This document shows positions 25,860-36,600 of a stretch of 64,000 nt of DNA, in pieces. Source of the stretch: Hemiscyllium ocellatum. Lineage: Eukaryota. Under the pieces are notes generated by a model. That model was not told where the DNA came from and ran no database searches. It saw nothing but the letters and a program-made list of their open reading frames with translations. The translations under genes and the position numbers were made by a program. Location: the NCBI RefSeq assembly GCF_020745735.1, contig NC_083406.1, positions 26,968,255 to 27,032,254 on the forward strand, in the 5' to 3' direction. Position 1 is the stretch's first letter. Every line of letters starts with the position of its first letter.

Positions 25860-26360
25860 TCAGCACATCTAGTCCTGAAATGTTCCTTTACCATCTCCAC
25901 ACTGGACTATTCTAATACACTCTTGACCAACCTGCCTTATTTTATCAACTGCAAAATTCTATTATCCATGTACCACCAAGTGTTTCTCATTCAGCTCCCC
26001 TGTGCTCACTGGCCTGCTCCTGGTTAAGCAATGCTTCAATTTATTTTTTACCTATCCTTGTTTGCAAATGCATTAACCTCCCTATCTGTATAATCTCCAC
26101 CAGCTTTACTGTTTCCCAAGATCGTTGTGCTCCACTAAGTCTGATTTTAATCAAGCCACCATTTGGTGACATACCAGAAACTGGAATTCTGTCCCTAAGC
26201 CTCTCTTCCTTCTATAATACACACTTTTGAACCTAAATTTTGATCAAAATTTTCATCATCTGGTAGAATACCTCCTCATGTGGCTTAGTGTCATATTCTG
26301 TTTGAAACATTCTTAGAACTTTTTAATGTTCAAGGTATTATATAAGTGTAAGTTGTTGTC
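25860..26360 (+). mobile_element. L2-like LINE 3' fragment
   Basis: Encodes TISTLDYSNTLLTNLP (L2 ORF2 C-terminal RLDYCN motif) followed by an HW/WLP-like segment; similar copies at 46250-46700 and 50500-50920. Confidence 0.6.
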
Positions 26361-28727
26361 AAGTTGCTGGTGAAATAGTTCCAAGCTTACTGACATTTAT
26401 ACAGTAACTGTATTGTTTATTAATTTGTTTGATGCTCATCCAAGTTTTCTGACAAGGAGATGATAATGCAAGAACCCCAAAGTTTGACAGCATAAAATTT
26501 CACAATTATATAGCAAAGGAAAAATAATTGGGAGAAACAAACTCTATTTGTATCTTCAGCCTTTTATGTTGGAGGAAAGTTTTAAGTTTGTGGACAGAAA
26601 TTTCACACTGTTTAACAATGACTACTCATTCATTGACCATAATTATCCTTTTTTTTATCCAGCTGATAGGCGGCTAACCGAAGGTGGTTTTATGGGATTA
26701 CTCTGACAAGGCAGTGGGAACACACTGCCAGATGTGAATAACTTGCAGGATGTCAAATCAGAGTTCAAACCTGGAAATGGAGCTGACAAGGCTACCACAA
26801 AGCTACTGTCTAACTAAAGAGCTCAAGGCTAAAGATTTAAAAATGTAATGCAAAAACTTAGGATATCAGAATGGGACACTGCATTTCAACTCTCTTAAAT
26901 CAAAGTGTGTGTGTGTGTGTATGTGTTATATTCAGGATCTAGAGAGTTGAACACATTGGCCGCTAATAGTGATCAGCTTCCGTGCATTTCATATCATTAC
27001 CTTCATGACTTCTACTCTCATCCGAGAATGGATTACGAATATCAACAGTTATCTGGAGTTCTTGTGGCTCAGTTTATTCAAAATGGGAACATGTAACAAA
27101 GTCATCCAAATGCAGAAAACATTACTCACTATCTGTCCATTTCTTTGCTGTCTGCTGTATATAAAGGAAAAGACAAGCTTTCATCTCAAACACTTCAACA
27201 GCCTTTTCATTATTACCTCAAGAAGCCTGTGGTTGAGTGGTCTAAATTGAACAACTAAATTAGTACATATTCTAATACGCTAGGTTAGGCACTTGAGGCA
27301 CCATGAAAGAGAACAGCTCTTTCTATTTTATTTTTTAAAAACCTGCTTTCCTTTCATTAACAGAAAAGCAAAAATAAATCCACTTTCTGAACCTGGCAAG
27401 TTCTACTTTCAGGTGTACTTGCGAATGTCCTTTGTACTGCTGTCAGACCCAGTCGACTGTGACACAAAACGCATCTCTTCCACCTTATCTGGAAGTCATT
27501 AGTTCAGATCAGCAAATCCGTCACACGACACTGCTTGATATAAACAAGAGATCACAAAGACATTGCTGGTAATCAATAGTAGGACAGTTTCAGTATTGAG
27601 GCCCCTCCAGTACTCATCATTTTTCACAACCTGCATTTCGATGGCCAAACGAAGCATTGATTCCAATAATAAATCTGAGGTGATTTAAATCCCGGACCAA
27701 ACGGCTCCCTGCTTTAATGATTTATTCTGTACATTTCACCAAGCGGGAGATTTGTCCATTCCGACTGACAGGTCACCTTCAACCGCCACAGGCAGACCAT
27801 TCTTCATCATGCAGACGAGCATCTCATCCCGCAAGTAAATATTAAAGCAAAATAGTCCAATTGATTGTGGATGGAGGAAAGAAGACGCCACAGCCATATA
27901 TTTTACCCAAAGTGCTAATGTCTCACTTTCTGTGCCTTCTGTGGCTCATTTACTAGAATTATAATGCCGCTTTGAGGCAGTGGCTCAAGGTTACAGGATG
28001 AAAGGGAAGAGATAAAACAGTTTCCTATTAGCTTCATTGGCATGACTGTACTCTGTTAATCACTGGATCTCAGCTCAGCCGATTATTCTGGCCCTATCTG
28101 TTCGCTTATCTGCAGTAACAGCTTCTCTGTCCCAACTTTCTTAACAAATTTCCACCAAAAGCTTAACCAGACATATTTCCAGCCTGCACATATCACTATG
28201 TTTAATTGCTCACATACTCAAGGGTTTATGAGTGCTATGATATTGGTCACATTGGTACTCAAGTAGGAGTGCCAAATTTCAGCTGAAACAAATACGCATG
28301 ATGGTTTAAGCAGAACTCACAGAAACCAGCAGCAGCAGCTTATCGAAAAACAAGCTGCACTAACACCAGTTTTGGGGGGGGGGGGGGGCATCCCTCCAGA
28401 GATCTATTCATGTTCTTTCCCTTCTGAAACAAGTCTCCTGTCTTACCATTTATTGATTCTTTCCCTTCCACCTCCCTGCCTTCCAACTCTAATTCCCACA
28501 CCTTTTATTTTGGCTGGTTCTACATCAATTTTGCTGAATCTACTGGAACATCTCCAGAGCTGTTATTCCCCAAGACAGAGGCAGAAATTGTGGGCCCTGG
28601 TGATGGTCCTGCCTCGGGTCTCAACCTAACGACAATGGACCTATTCCTGACCCAAGCACAGTAGATTCTCCAGAGCCCCGAGCCCCTAGTCCCCTTGTGG
28701 CTTTCTAGCAATGCACTTTCTATTAAG

Positions 28728-29008
28728 GGCGACACAGCGGCTCAGTGGTTAGCACAGCTGCCTCACAGCGCGAGGGAGCTGGGTTCAATTCCTACCTCAG
28801 GCTGTGTGGAGTTTGCACATTCTCCCCATGTCTGTGTGAGTTTCCTCCCACAATCCAAGATGTGAATTGGCCATGATAAATTGCCCATTGTGTTTGTCAG
28901 GGATAAGTATAGGGTAGGCGAATGGGTCTGGATGGGTTACTCTTCAGAGGGTCGGTGTGGACTTTGTTGGGCTGAAGGGTCTGTTTCCATACTGTAGGCA
29001 ATCTAATC
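28728..29008 (+). mobile_element. V-SINE (HE1-type)
   Basis: GGCGACACAGCGGCTCAGTGGTTAGCAC...GGGTTCAATTCC, V-domain and tail. Confidence 0.87.
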
Positions 29009-29659
29009 AAACATCGAATGTGCTACATGAGCATCGTCAAACAGAATGAAGCATGGGCCACTTAAAGTCATGTTGGGATAGATAGTTCAAAGAGGTCGAT
29101 TTTAAGATGTTTCTTCAAGGAGGAGGAGGAGGCAGGCAGATGGAGAGAATTACAGACTTAGGTCTTCAGCAGCTGACAGCTGGTGGAACAGGTAAAATTG
29201 AGAAAGGTCAAGAGGCCAGAATTGGAGGAGCACAGACATCTTGAAGGGTTATGGGTGTTGGAGGACACCGTAACACGTCTGTTACTCTGAGAAATCAGCA
29301 CAGGATTTTGAGACTGTGACAACTTGTTTTGTGTGAATGAGTATCTGGCATAGTACAGATAGAGAGTTGTTAAACCGTGGAATGTTCTTAACAGAAGAAT
29401 ATGGGCATTTTCAAACCAAGGTGGTTCTCAACTGGAAAACAATGACAATCAGTAACCACAGGGGGATTGGGCGAACAGGACATGTTACTAATTTGAAATG
29501 ATCAGCAGAATTTAGGATGAACTTAAGTTTATAAAAGATTGAATGGCCAGACATTGTTAATGTTTTTAATTATAATTCTTGTACTATATCACTCCTGGTG
29601 TAATACTCAGTCACACAAAACTGACTGTCACAATCTCAACATCCTGTGCTGATTCCACA

Positions 29660-30385
29660 GAATCATAGATGTGTTACAGTACAGAAGGAGGCTATTTGGT
29701 CCATCGTTCCTGCGCAGACTTATTAAATGAGTATTCACTATCTAGTGCCAATCTCCCCCTTTTCTCCCATACTCCATTGTGTGATTTTTACCTAAATAAT
29801 AATCCAGAACTTTCTTGAATCCCTCAATTGAGCTGCCTTTGTCATACTTCCAGACAGTACATTCCAGACCCTAATCACTTAGTAAGCGAAAAAGTTCTTC
29901 ATCATTTCACACTTCCTTCCTTTACAGATCACTTTAAATCTATGTTGTCTTGTTGTTGTTCTTATTACGAGAGAGATCAGTATCTTCCAACCTACTCTAT
30001 CCAAAACACTCATGATTTTGTAAAGCTCCATTAGATCTCCTCTAAACCTTCTTCTCTCCCAAGAGATTAGTCTCAATCTCTCTAATCAATCCTCATAAGT
30101 GAGGTTCCTCATTGCTGGAACCATTCTTGTGAAGGACTTCTGCAATGTCTCCAAAGCATTCACATCCTTTCTATAATATGATGCTCAAAACTTGCATAAT
30201 ACTGCAGTTGAAGTCAAACAAGTGTTGTATACAAATTCAACATCATGTCCTTGCTCTTGTACTATGTCCTGATTAACAAAACCAAGGACACTGCATGCTT
30301 TATTAACTGCTCTCTCTACTTGTCCTGCCACTTTCAATGAGTTGTGTACATATACATTCAGGCCTCTCTGCTCCTGAAACCCCAA
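29660..30385 (-). mobile_element. Old CR1 LINE 3' fragment
   Basis: ORFs contain ERRRFRGDLMELYKIM and VYVHNSLKVAGQVERAVNKA. Confidence 0.82.
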
Positions 30386-30500
30386 GTTAGACTAAGCCAA
30401 TACAATTGACCTCATAACTCTGACAGTAGGAAGGGGTGGTTTTTTTAACTTCTGGAGGTATCTATCAGTGGTGTGTTAATTATATTAGGATGGATTAGTA

Positions 30501-30692
30501 AAGGGCATTGTTCAATTGAGTTTCGACAGCAGTTTTAAGGGTCTCTTGTGATATAATGGTAGGGTTTCTACCTCTGGGCCAAGCGACTGGGTTCAGGTTC
30601 CATCTGCTCCAGAGGTAACAACACCCCTGTATACGTTGATGATAAAAGAAAGTATATCTAGAGATAAATTTTTACGACACTGGGTTGGTAAG
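30501..30692 (+). repeat. ~190-bp repeat (short tRNA-SINE plus shared flanks); inverted copy at 34513-34706
   Basis: Direct alignment by eye to the reverse complement of 34513-34706. Confidence 0.8.
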
Positions 30693-30884
30693 TGGGAAGC
30701 AGTCAAATGTAATGCTACATTCTGCAAATAAATCAGCCATTACAAAAAGGGATTTGCATCTAATTTCATACTTTGCCATCTGTCTTGCAATCCATTTATC
30801 ATATGCAGATGCCAGGTGAGGATTTCAGGTTGTGAAGGCACTACGATAAAACCATCTGACCATATGACAGTCAAAGAAAGATAA

Positions 30885-31290
30885 ACATGCATTTCTATAG
30901 CACCTTTTACAACCTCAAGATATCCTGAAGCACTTCACCAACAATGAAGCATTTTTGAAGTGTGGTTACTGTTGTAGGAAATGTGGCAGGTAATATGTGC
31001 ACACTAAGATCCCCCAAACATCACTGTAATAATGATCAGGTAATCTGCTTTTTTGCTATGTAGGTTTTGGATAAATATTGTCAGGACACTGAGGAAGACT
31101 CGTCCAATTTAAACTATTTGGATTTCTTACCTCAAGAGTACAAATGGAACTTCTGTTTTATATCCTTTTTGATTGGTTGCACCTCCAAAACTACACTACT
31201 CGATTAGATGGCCAGCCTAGATTTGTATGATTTGAATCAATTGCCCTCTGACTCAAGGGGTAAGAGTACTATCAAATGATCCACAGTTGA
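30885..31290 (-). mobile_element. Deu-domain SINE
   Basis: Plus strand TGCATTTCTATAGCACCTTT...TTTTGAAGTGTGG...GTGCACACTAAGATCCC is the reverse complement of the Deu-SINE 3' half. Confidence 0.65.
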
Positions 31291-32669
31291 CGCACAGCTA
31301 AGACCATCTATGAAGAATGATCATTTTAGGAGTTTTCAGAGGTGTGCTGAAACCCAAACTGCATTGAAGAAGTGAATGTCATTTTCAAGCTTTGATCACT
31401 GAAAAGAAATTCTCTTGATGATTGCCCCTGTTGCAGCTGAGTGAACCTATTGTTTACCCACAGATGTGTGAAATGGAGAGGTATCATTTTATCTCACTCT
31501 CCTCTAAGGCACAGTGAAGCAACAACTTACACTTAAATTGTGGCATTAGTAAGGCGTTTCACAACATTGATTAATAAACATGCTATGACACCAATGCAGA
31601 TATAGGGTTGTAGGGAGAGGTGATCAAAGGTTTGTTGAAAGAGTGGTGATTTAAATGGTGCTGTAACACAAGTGAATAATGACAGTGGCTCTTCTTTGTA
31701 CTGGCAAGAAGCAACAGCCCTTCAACGGGGGATTGGGGGCAGCTCCCTCCCCCATAAGCAATTTTTGTGAGCTCCATTCTTTAAAATTATCTCTCATATT
31801 TAAGGCACAGCCAATGAAAGGAGCCCTCACAGAATAATTCCTCTGTAAGAAGAATTGAACGTTTTATCTTTCTTTTCCTATGCAGTCATAGGAAACTTAT
31901 GGTATTATCACAATTAGAAATTAATCTCAATCATCTAGCAAAGGTGGGCTGCTAATTCACTGTCCCCCAGACCACCACCAGCACTAACCCCACTCCTCAC
32001 CCCACCACCCTCCTTTCCTCCAAACGCATCCCTGACCTTTATCAAGAAACTCTTTTGATTGCCCAAATTAATATCATGTTCCTTTTCCTTTCCAGGCCTA
32101 CATTCAAGGGGTTCCAGCTCCAAATTGTTACTTCTGCAGCATAAATCAACTGGCAGACTCTATAGAAAATACAAAGCGAGAAAAGATTGACTGTGTTCAA
32201 TCAGACAAACAAGAAACAAGAGTAGGCCATTTGGCCCTTTGAGCCTGCCCTGCCATTCAATAAGATCATGGTTGAATTGATTTTAACCTCAGCTCATGAC
32301 TCCTGCATATCCTTGTTAATCTTTCATCCCCTTGATAATCAAGAATCTACCCACCTCTGCCTTAAAAATATTGAAAGCTTCCATAACCACCGCCTTTTGT
32401 TTCCTTATCTCTGTCTTAAGACTTATTTATAAACTATGATCCCTACTTCTAGATTCTCCTAAACTAGGAAATGTCGTTTTGACATCCACCCAGTCCAGTT
32501 CCCTTAGAACCTTACATACTTCCGTTCAATTGCATCTGAACTCCAGAGGATACAGGCCTAGCCTGTCCAGCCTTTTCTCATTAGGTAGTTGCTTACTCCA
32601 GGTATTAGTCAAGAGTGTGGTGCTGGAAAAGCACCGCAGGTCAGGCAGCATCTGAGGAGCAGCAGAATC

Positions 32670-32697
32670 GACGTTTCGGGCATAAGCCCTTCATCAG
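32670..32697 (-). ncRNA. Minimal type I hammerhead ribozyme motif (PLE-type), intact core
   Basis: Reverse complement CUGAUGA-A-GGGC-UUAU-GCCC-GAAA-CG-UC; palindromic ACGU replaces helix III. Confidence 0.75.
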
Positions 32698-34287
32698 GAA
32701 TGAGGCTTGTAAGCCAAGGGCTGAGAGAAAATTGGGATGGGGGTGGGGAGGTAGCTGAGAGTGTGATAGGTAGATAAAAGTGGGGGAGAAGGTGATAGGT
32801 TAGAGAGGAGGGTGGTGCGGATAGGTGAGAAGGAAGATGGACAGGTCATGAGGGCAGTGCCGAATTGGAAGGTTGTATCTGGGATAAGGTAGGGGAACAG
32901 GAAATGAAAAAAACTGGTGAAATCCACATTAATCCCATGTGGTTGGAGGCGGAAGTTGAGGTATTCTTCTTCCAGGTGTCGGGTGGTTAGGGTTTGGAGA
33001 TGGAGGAGGCCCAACACCTGCATGTCCTTGGCGGAGTGGGAGGGGGAATTAAAGTTTACGGCAATGGGATGGTGGGGTTTTATTTGTGTGTGTCCTGGAG
33101 ATGTTCTCTGAAGCATTCTGCAAGTAGGTGTCCTCTCTCCCTAATGTAGAGGAGACCGCATCAGGAGCGACGGATACAGTAAATGACATGGGTGAAAGTG
33201 CAGGTAAATCTCTAATGGATGTGGAAGGTTCCTTTGAGGCTTTAGACAGAAGTGAGAGGGAAGGTGTGGGCACAGGTTTTGCAATTCTTGCGGTGGCACG
33301 GGAAAGTGGCAGGAGGAGAGGATGGGTTGGTGGTGGGTGTGGACCTGACAAGAGAGTTGCAGAGGGAATAGTTTTTATTGAATGCAGATGGGGGTGGGAA
33401 AGGAAATATATCTCTGTATGGGGTATGTTTGTAGGTGGCTGAAATGGTGGAGGGTGATGCACTATATCAGGAGGTTGGTGGACTGGAAGTTGCAAGTAAG
33501 GGAGGTTCATTCCTTATTGCAGTTGGAGGGGTGGGGTTCGAGGACAGACGTGCAAGAAGTGGATGAGATGCGCTAGGTGGGGAATGGTGCCGGTGTAGCT
33601 GTGGAAGATGGACTGCTCCACGTACCCGATGAAGAGGCAGGCATAGCTGGGGCCCATGCCAGTGCCCATGACTGCCCCTTTTGTTTGGAGGAAATGGGAG
33701 GATTCAAAGGAGAAATTATTATGGGTGAGGACCAGTTCAGCCACACAAATGAGAGTGTCAGTGAAAGGGTACTGGTGGCGAAGCTGGGAGAGAAAGAAAC
33801 AGAGGGCTTGGAGGCCTTCGTCATTGTGGATACAGCTGTGTGGGGACTGGATGTCCGTAATGAAGATGAGGCGTTGGGAGCTGGGGAAACAAAAGTCACA
33901 GAAGAGATGGAACGTGTGTGTGGTGTCCCAAATGTAGGTGGGGAGTTTTTGTTCTAGGGGATAGGACAGTATCAAGGTATGTGGAGGTGAGTTTGGTGAG
34001 GCAGGAGCAGGCCGAGATGGTACGTCAGCCAGGAGTCAGGTTTGTAAATCTTACGTAGGGGCTAGAACCAGGTTGTATGGGATTCCTGGACTATGAGGTT
34101 GGAAGCTGTGGGTGGAAGATCCCCTGAGGTAATGAGGTTATATATGGTCTGGGAGATGATGGTTTGATGATGGGAGGTGAGATCATGGTAAAGGGGGTAC
34201 CTATCACATTCTCTGCTACCTTCCCCCCCCAAGCCCCACCACCCCCCTCCCATTTATCTCTCAGCCCCTGGCTCAAAAGCCTCATTC

Positions 34288-34315
34288 CTGATGAAGGGCT
34301 TATGCCCGAAACGTC
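34288..34315 (+). ncRNA. Minimal type I hammerhead ribozyme motif (PLE-type), intact core
   Basis: CTGATGA-A-GGGC-TTAT-GCCC-GAAA-CG-TC. Confidence 0.75.
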
Positions 34316-34512
34316 AATTCTCCTGCTCCTCGGATACTGTCTGACCTGCTATACTTTTCTAGCACCAAGCTCTCAACTCTGAATCTCCAGCATCTGCAAT
34401 CCTCACTTTCTCCTATTCCAGGTATTAGACTCTTAACCCTTCTCTGAATTGCTTCCAAAGCATAAATTTCCTTCTGTAAGTACAGTGACCAGTACTGTAT
34501 ACCAGATGTGGC

Positions 34513-34706
34513 CTTACCAATCCAGTGTCCCAACAATTTCTCTCTAGGTATGTATTTTTTCTAATCAACCTATACAGGGGTGTTGTTACACACCTCTGGA
34601 GCCAGTGAGACCTGAACCCAGTTGCTTGGCCCAGAGGTAGGAACACTACCATTATGTCACAAGAGACCCTTAAAACTGCTGTTGAAACTTAATTGAAAAA
34701 TACCCT
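34513..34706 (-). repeat. Inverted copy of the 30501-30692 repeat
   Basis: Shares ACAGCAGTTTTAAGGGTCTCTTGTGA, CTACCTCTGGGCCAAGC, AACAACACCCCTGTATA and GACACTGG.TTGGTAAG. Confidence 0.8.
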
Positions 34707-35242
34707 CCACAACTGACCTTCCTACACTTGACTTCAATTCACCTCACAATAAAAAAATTACTATGTCTGATTTCCTGATGACTTGCTGTCCCTGGTCCAG
34801 CCAGTGATGCCCATATCCCATAAGTGATTAAGAGTAAATCACATTCTCTGATTCCTACATGGGGATACCTGATCTCAAAGTTCTGCAAAGTCTCACCATA
34901 AATAATGTGCCTTTTTAAATTAATTCTGCCACAGTGGACAATTTCACACCTTCTTACATGTCCAGGTCTTTGTCCTCTCGCTTAACTTACTGATATCCCT
35001 TTGTATACTCCTTATGTTCTCTTCACAACTTTGCATAGAGTACGTGAAAAAAACAAAAAAAATTAAACAAACTGCATTAAAGGTATATAAGGCATGGCAT
35101 GAGTTGATATGACCAATTGGCCAATCTGTTTGCAACAATTGGGATCAATATTGTCAGATTCAGCTTCATAAAAGGATGATAAACATATTCAAAGCATCTG
35201 AATTTATTAGTTTTGGAATCTAGGATTTATTAGTCTTGAACC

Positions 35243-35512
35243 TCTGCGATGGGGAAAGAGGCCATCAAGTCTGCAACAATCCTCCAAAGAATATCCCACC
35301 TAGAACCTCCCCACTCCATTCCTGTAACCCCACAATTACCCTGGCTAATCCACCTGGCCTGCACATTTCTGGGAGGAAACTGGAGCACCCGGAGGAAACC
35401 CATGCAGACATGGGGAGAATGTGCAAACTCCACACAGATAGTTGTCTGACGCTGGAATCAAACCTGGTTCCCTGGCACTGTGAGGCAGCCGTACTAACCA
35501 TTGTGCCACCGT
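35243..35512 (-). mobile_element. V-SINE (HE1-type)
   Basis: V-domain and tRNA head on the minus strand. Confidence 0.85.
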
Positions 35513-35639
35513 TCTGCCACTAGTCTCGTAGTTGTATTGTATCTATCATATTTATCCCAGGTATAGTATTTTTATTCCCACCGAACCCTCCTCTGCTAGT
35601 CTGGTGCGACAGTAGGAAGTTTAATGTCAACTCAGGAAG

Positions 35640-36040
35640 TGTGTATTTTTTAAATTCATTCAGAGGTTGTGGGGTTCTCTGAATGGGCCAGCATTTATTG
35701 CCCAATCCCAATAATCTTTATGAAGGTGGTAGTGAACTGCCTTCTTGTACCCCTGCAGTCCATGTGCTGCAGATATACCCAAAATATTGTTTAGAAGCGA
35801 GTTCCAGGATTCTGACCCAGCGACACCGAAGGAAAGGTGACATATTTCCAAGTCAGGATGGGGGGAGGAGTTTGGAGAGGAACCTATAGGTGAAGGTGTT
35901 CCCATGTATCTGCTGTCCTTATTCTTCCAGAGGTTATTGGTTGTGGGTTTGGTATTTGCTATCAAAGGAGCCTGGTGAACTTCTGCAGTGGACCTTGTAG
36001 ATGGTACACACTGTTGCATAGCTTCACTGTTGCATAATAT
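35640..36040 (-). mobile_element. 3' fragment of the same LINE family as 9690-11630
   Basis: Reverse complement has GSESWNSL and the GGGCAATAAATGCTGGCC...GAATGAAT tail. Confidence 0.65.
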
Positions 36041-36447
36041 CAAACCCACAAGAAAATGGGTTGAGCTAAAGCAAAGCCACCAACTGGTGAGAGCCTATTC
36101 ATTCGGAGATCAAAGACACTGTGCAAACCCGTTGGGTTTAATAAGTCACCACATTCGTCAAAACAGGAGTCAACAACTCACTTCAAACCTTCAATCTGAT
36201 GCACAATGAACAATCTAGATAGAACAAAATGCACTTACCGTATAAGGAATGTGTGCAGCAAATCTCAATATCACTACCATATAAGAGATCTCATTTAAAG
36301 ATTGTGTTTTACATTTTCATATAGGCATGAATATTATTATTATAAAATAGATACTTTTTCACTGTTTTGAGTTGGAAAATTAAACACATTTATTTATCAG
36401 ACTTTGGTTTTGATGGAAGTTAACAGATAATTTATGGCCTATAAAGT

Positions 36448-36600
36448 CGCCAACTTTAAGTACATTTAAGTCGTCATTGGACAAGCATATGGATGTACAT
36501 GGAATAGTGTAGGTTAAGATGGGCTTCAGATTGGTATGACAGGTCAGCGCAACATCGAAGGCCGAAGGGCCTGTACTGCGCTGTAATGTTCTTTGTTCTA
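36448..36600 (+). mobile_element. Short CR1 3'-end insertion
   Basis: ACATTTAAG...TTGGACAAGCATATGGAT...GGCCGAAGGGCCTGTACTGCGCTGTAATGTTCTTTGTTCTA. Confidence 0.8.

Larger units (their letters stand above)
32609..34413 (-). mobile_element. Penelope-like retroelement, 5'-truncated and internally deleted, with inverted pLTR (34197-34413)
   Basis: RT segment FSFESSHFLQTKGAVMGTGMGPSYACLFIGYVEQ (33514-33975); GIY-YIG C-terminal HPIAVNFNSPSH...EEEYLNFRLQPHGINVDF; pLTR 32609-32780 repeated inverted at 34197-34413; 15-bp TSD TA(C/T)TCCAGGTATTAG at 32594-32608 and 34414-34428. Confidence 0.92.
32210..34520 (-). mobile_element. Old CR1 3' fragment (32210-32590 and 34430-34520) hosting the Penelope insertion
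   Basis: RPHLVYS / QYWSLYLQKEIYALEAIQRR on the right side; CR1 3' UTR-like sequence on the left side. Confidence 0.65.

Noticed and set aside
25399-25872. 157-aa plus-strand ORF
   Set aside because: No recognisable motifs; overlaps low-complexity and L2-like decayed sequence.
28728-28800. tRNA-like A and B boxes in SINE heads
   Set aside because: They are SINE promoters continuous with the V-domain, not tRNA genes.
19114-30831. Identical 17-mer GGTGAGGATTTCAGGTT at 19114-19130 and 30815-30831 in unique-looking sequence
   Set aside because: A rough estimate gives a non-negligible chance of one 17-mer match within 64 kb, and the flanks do not extend the alignment.
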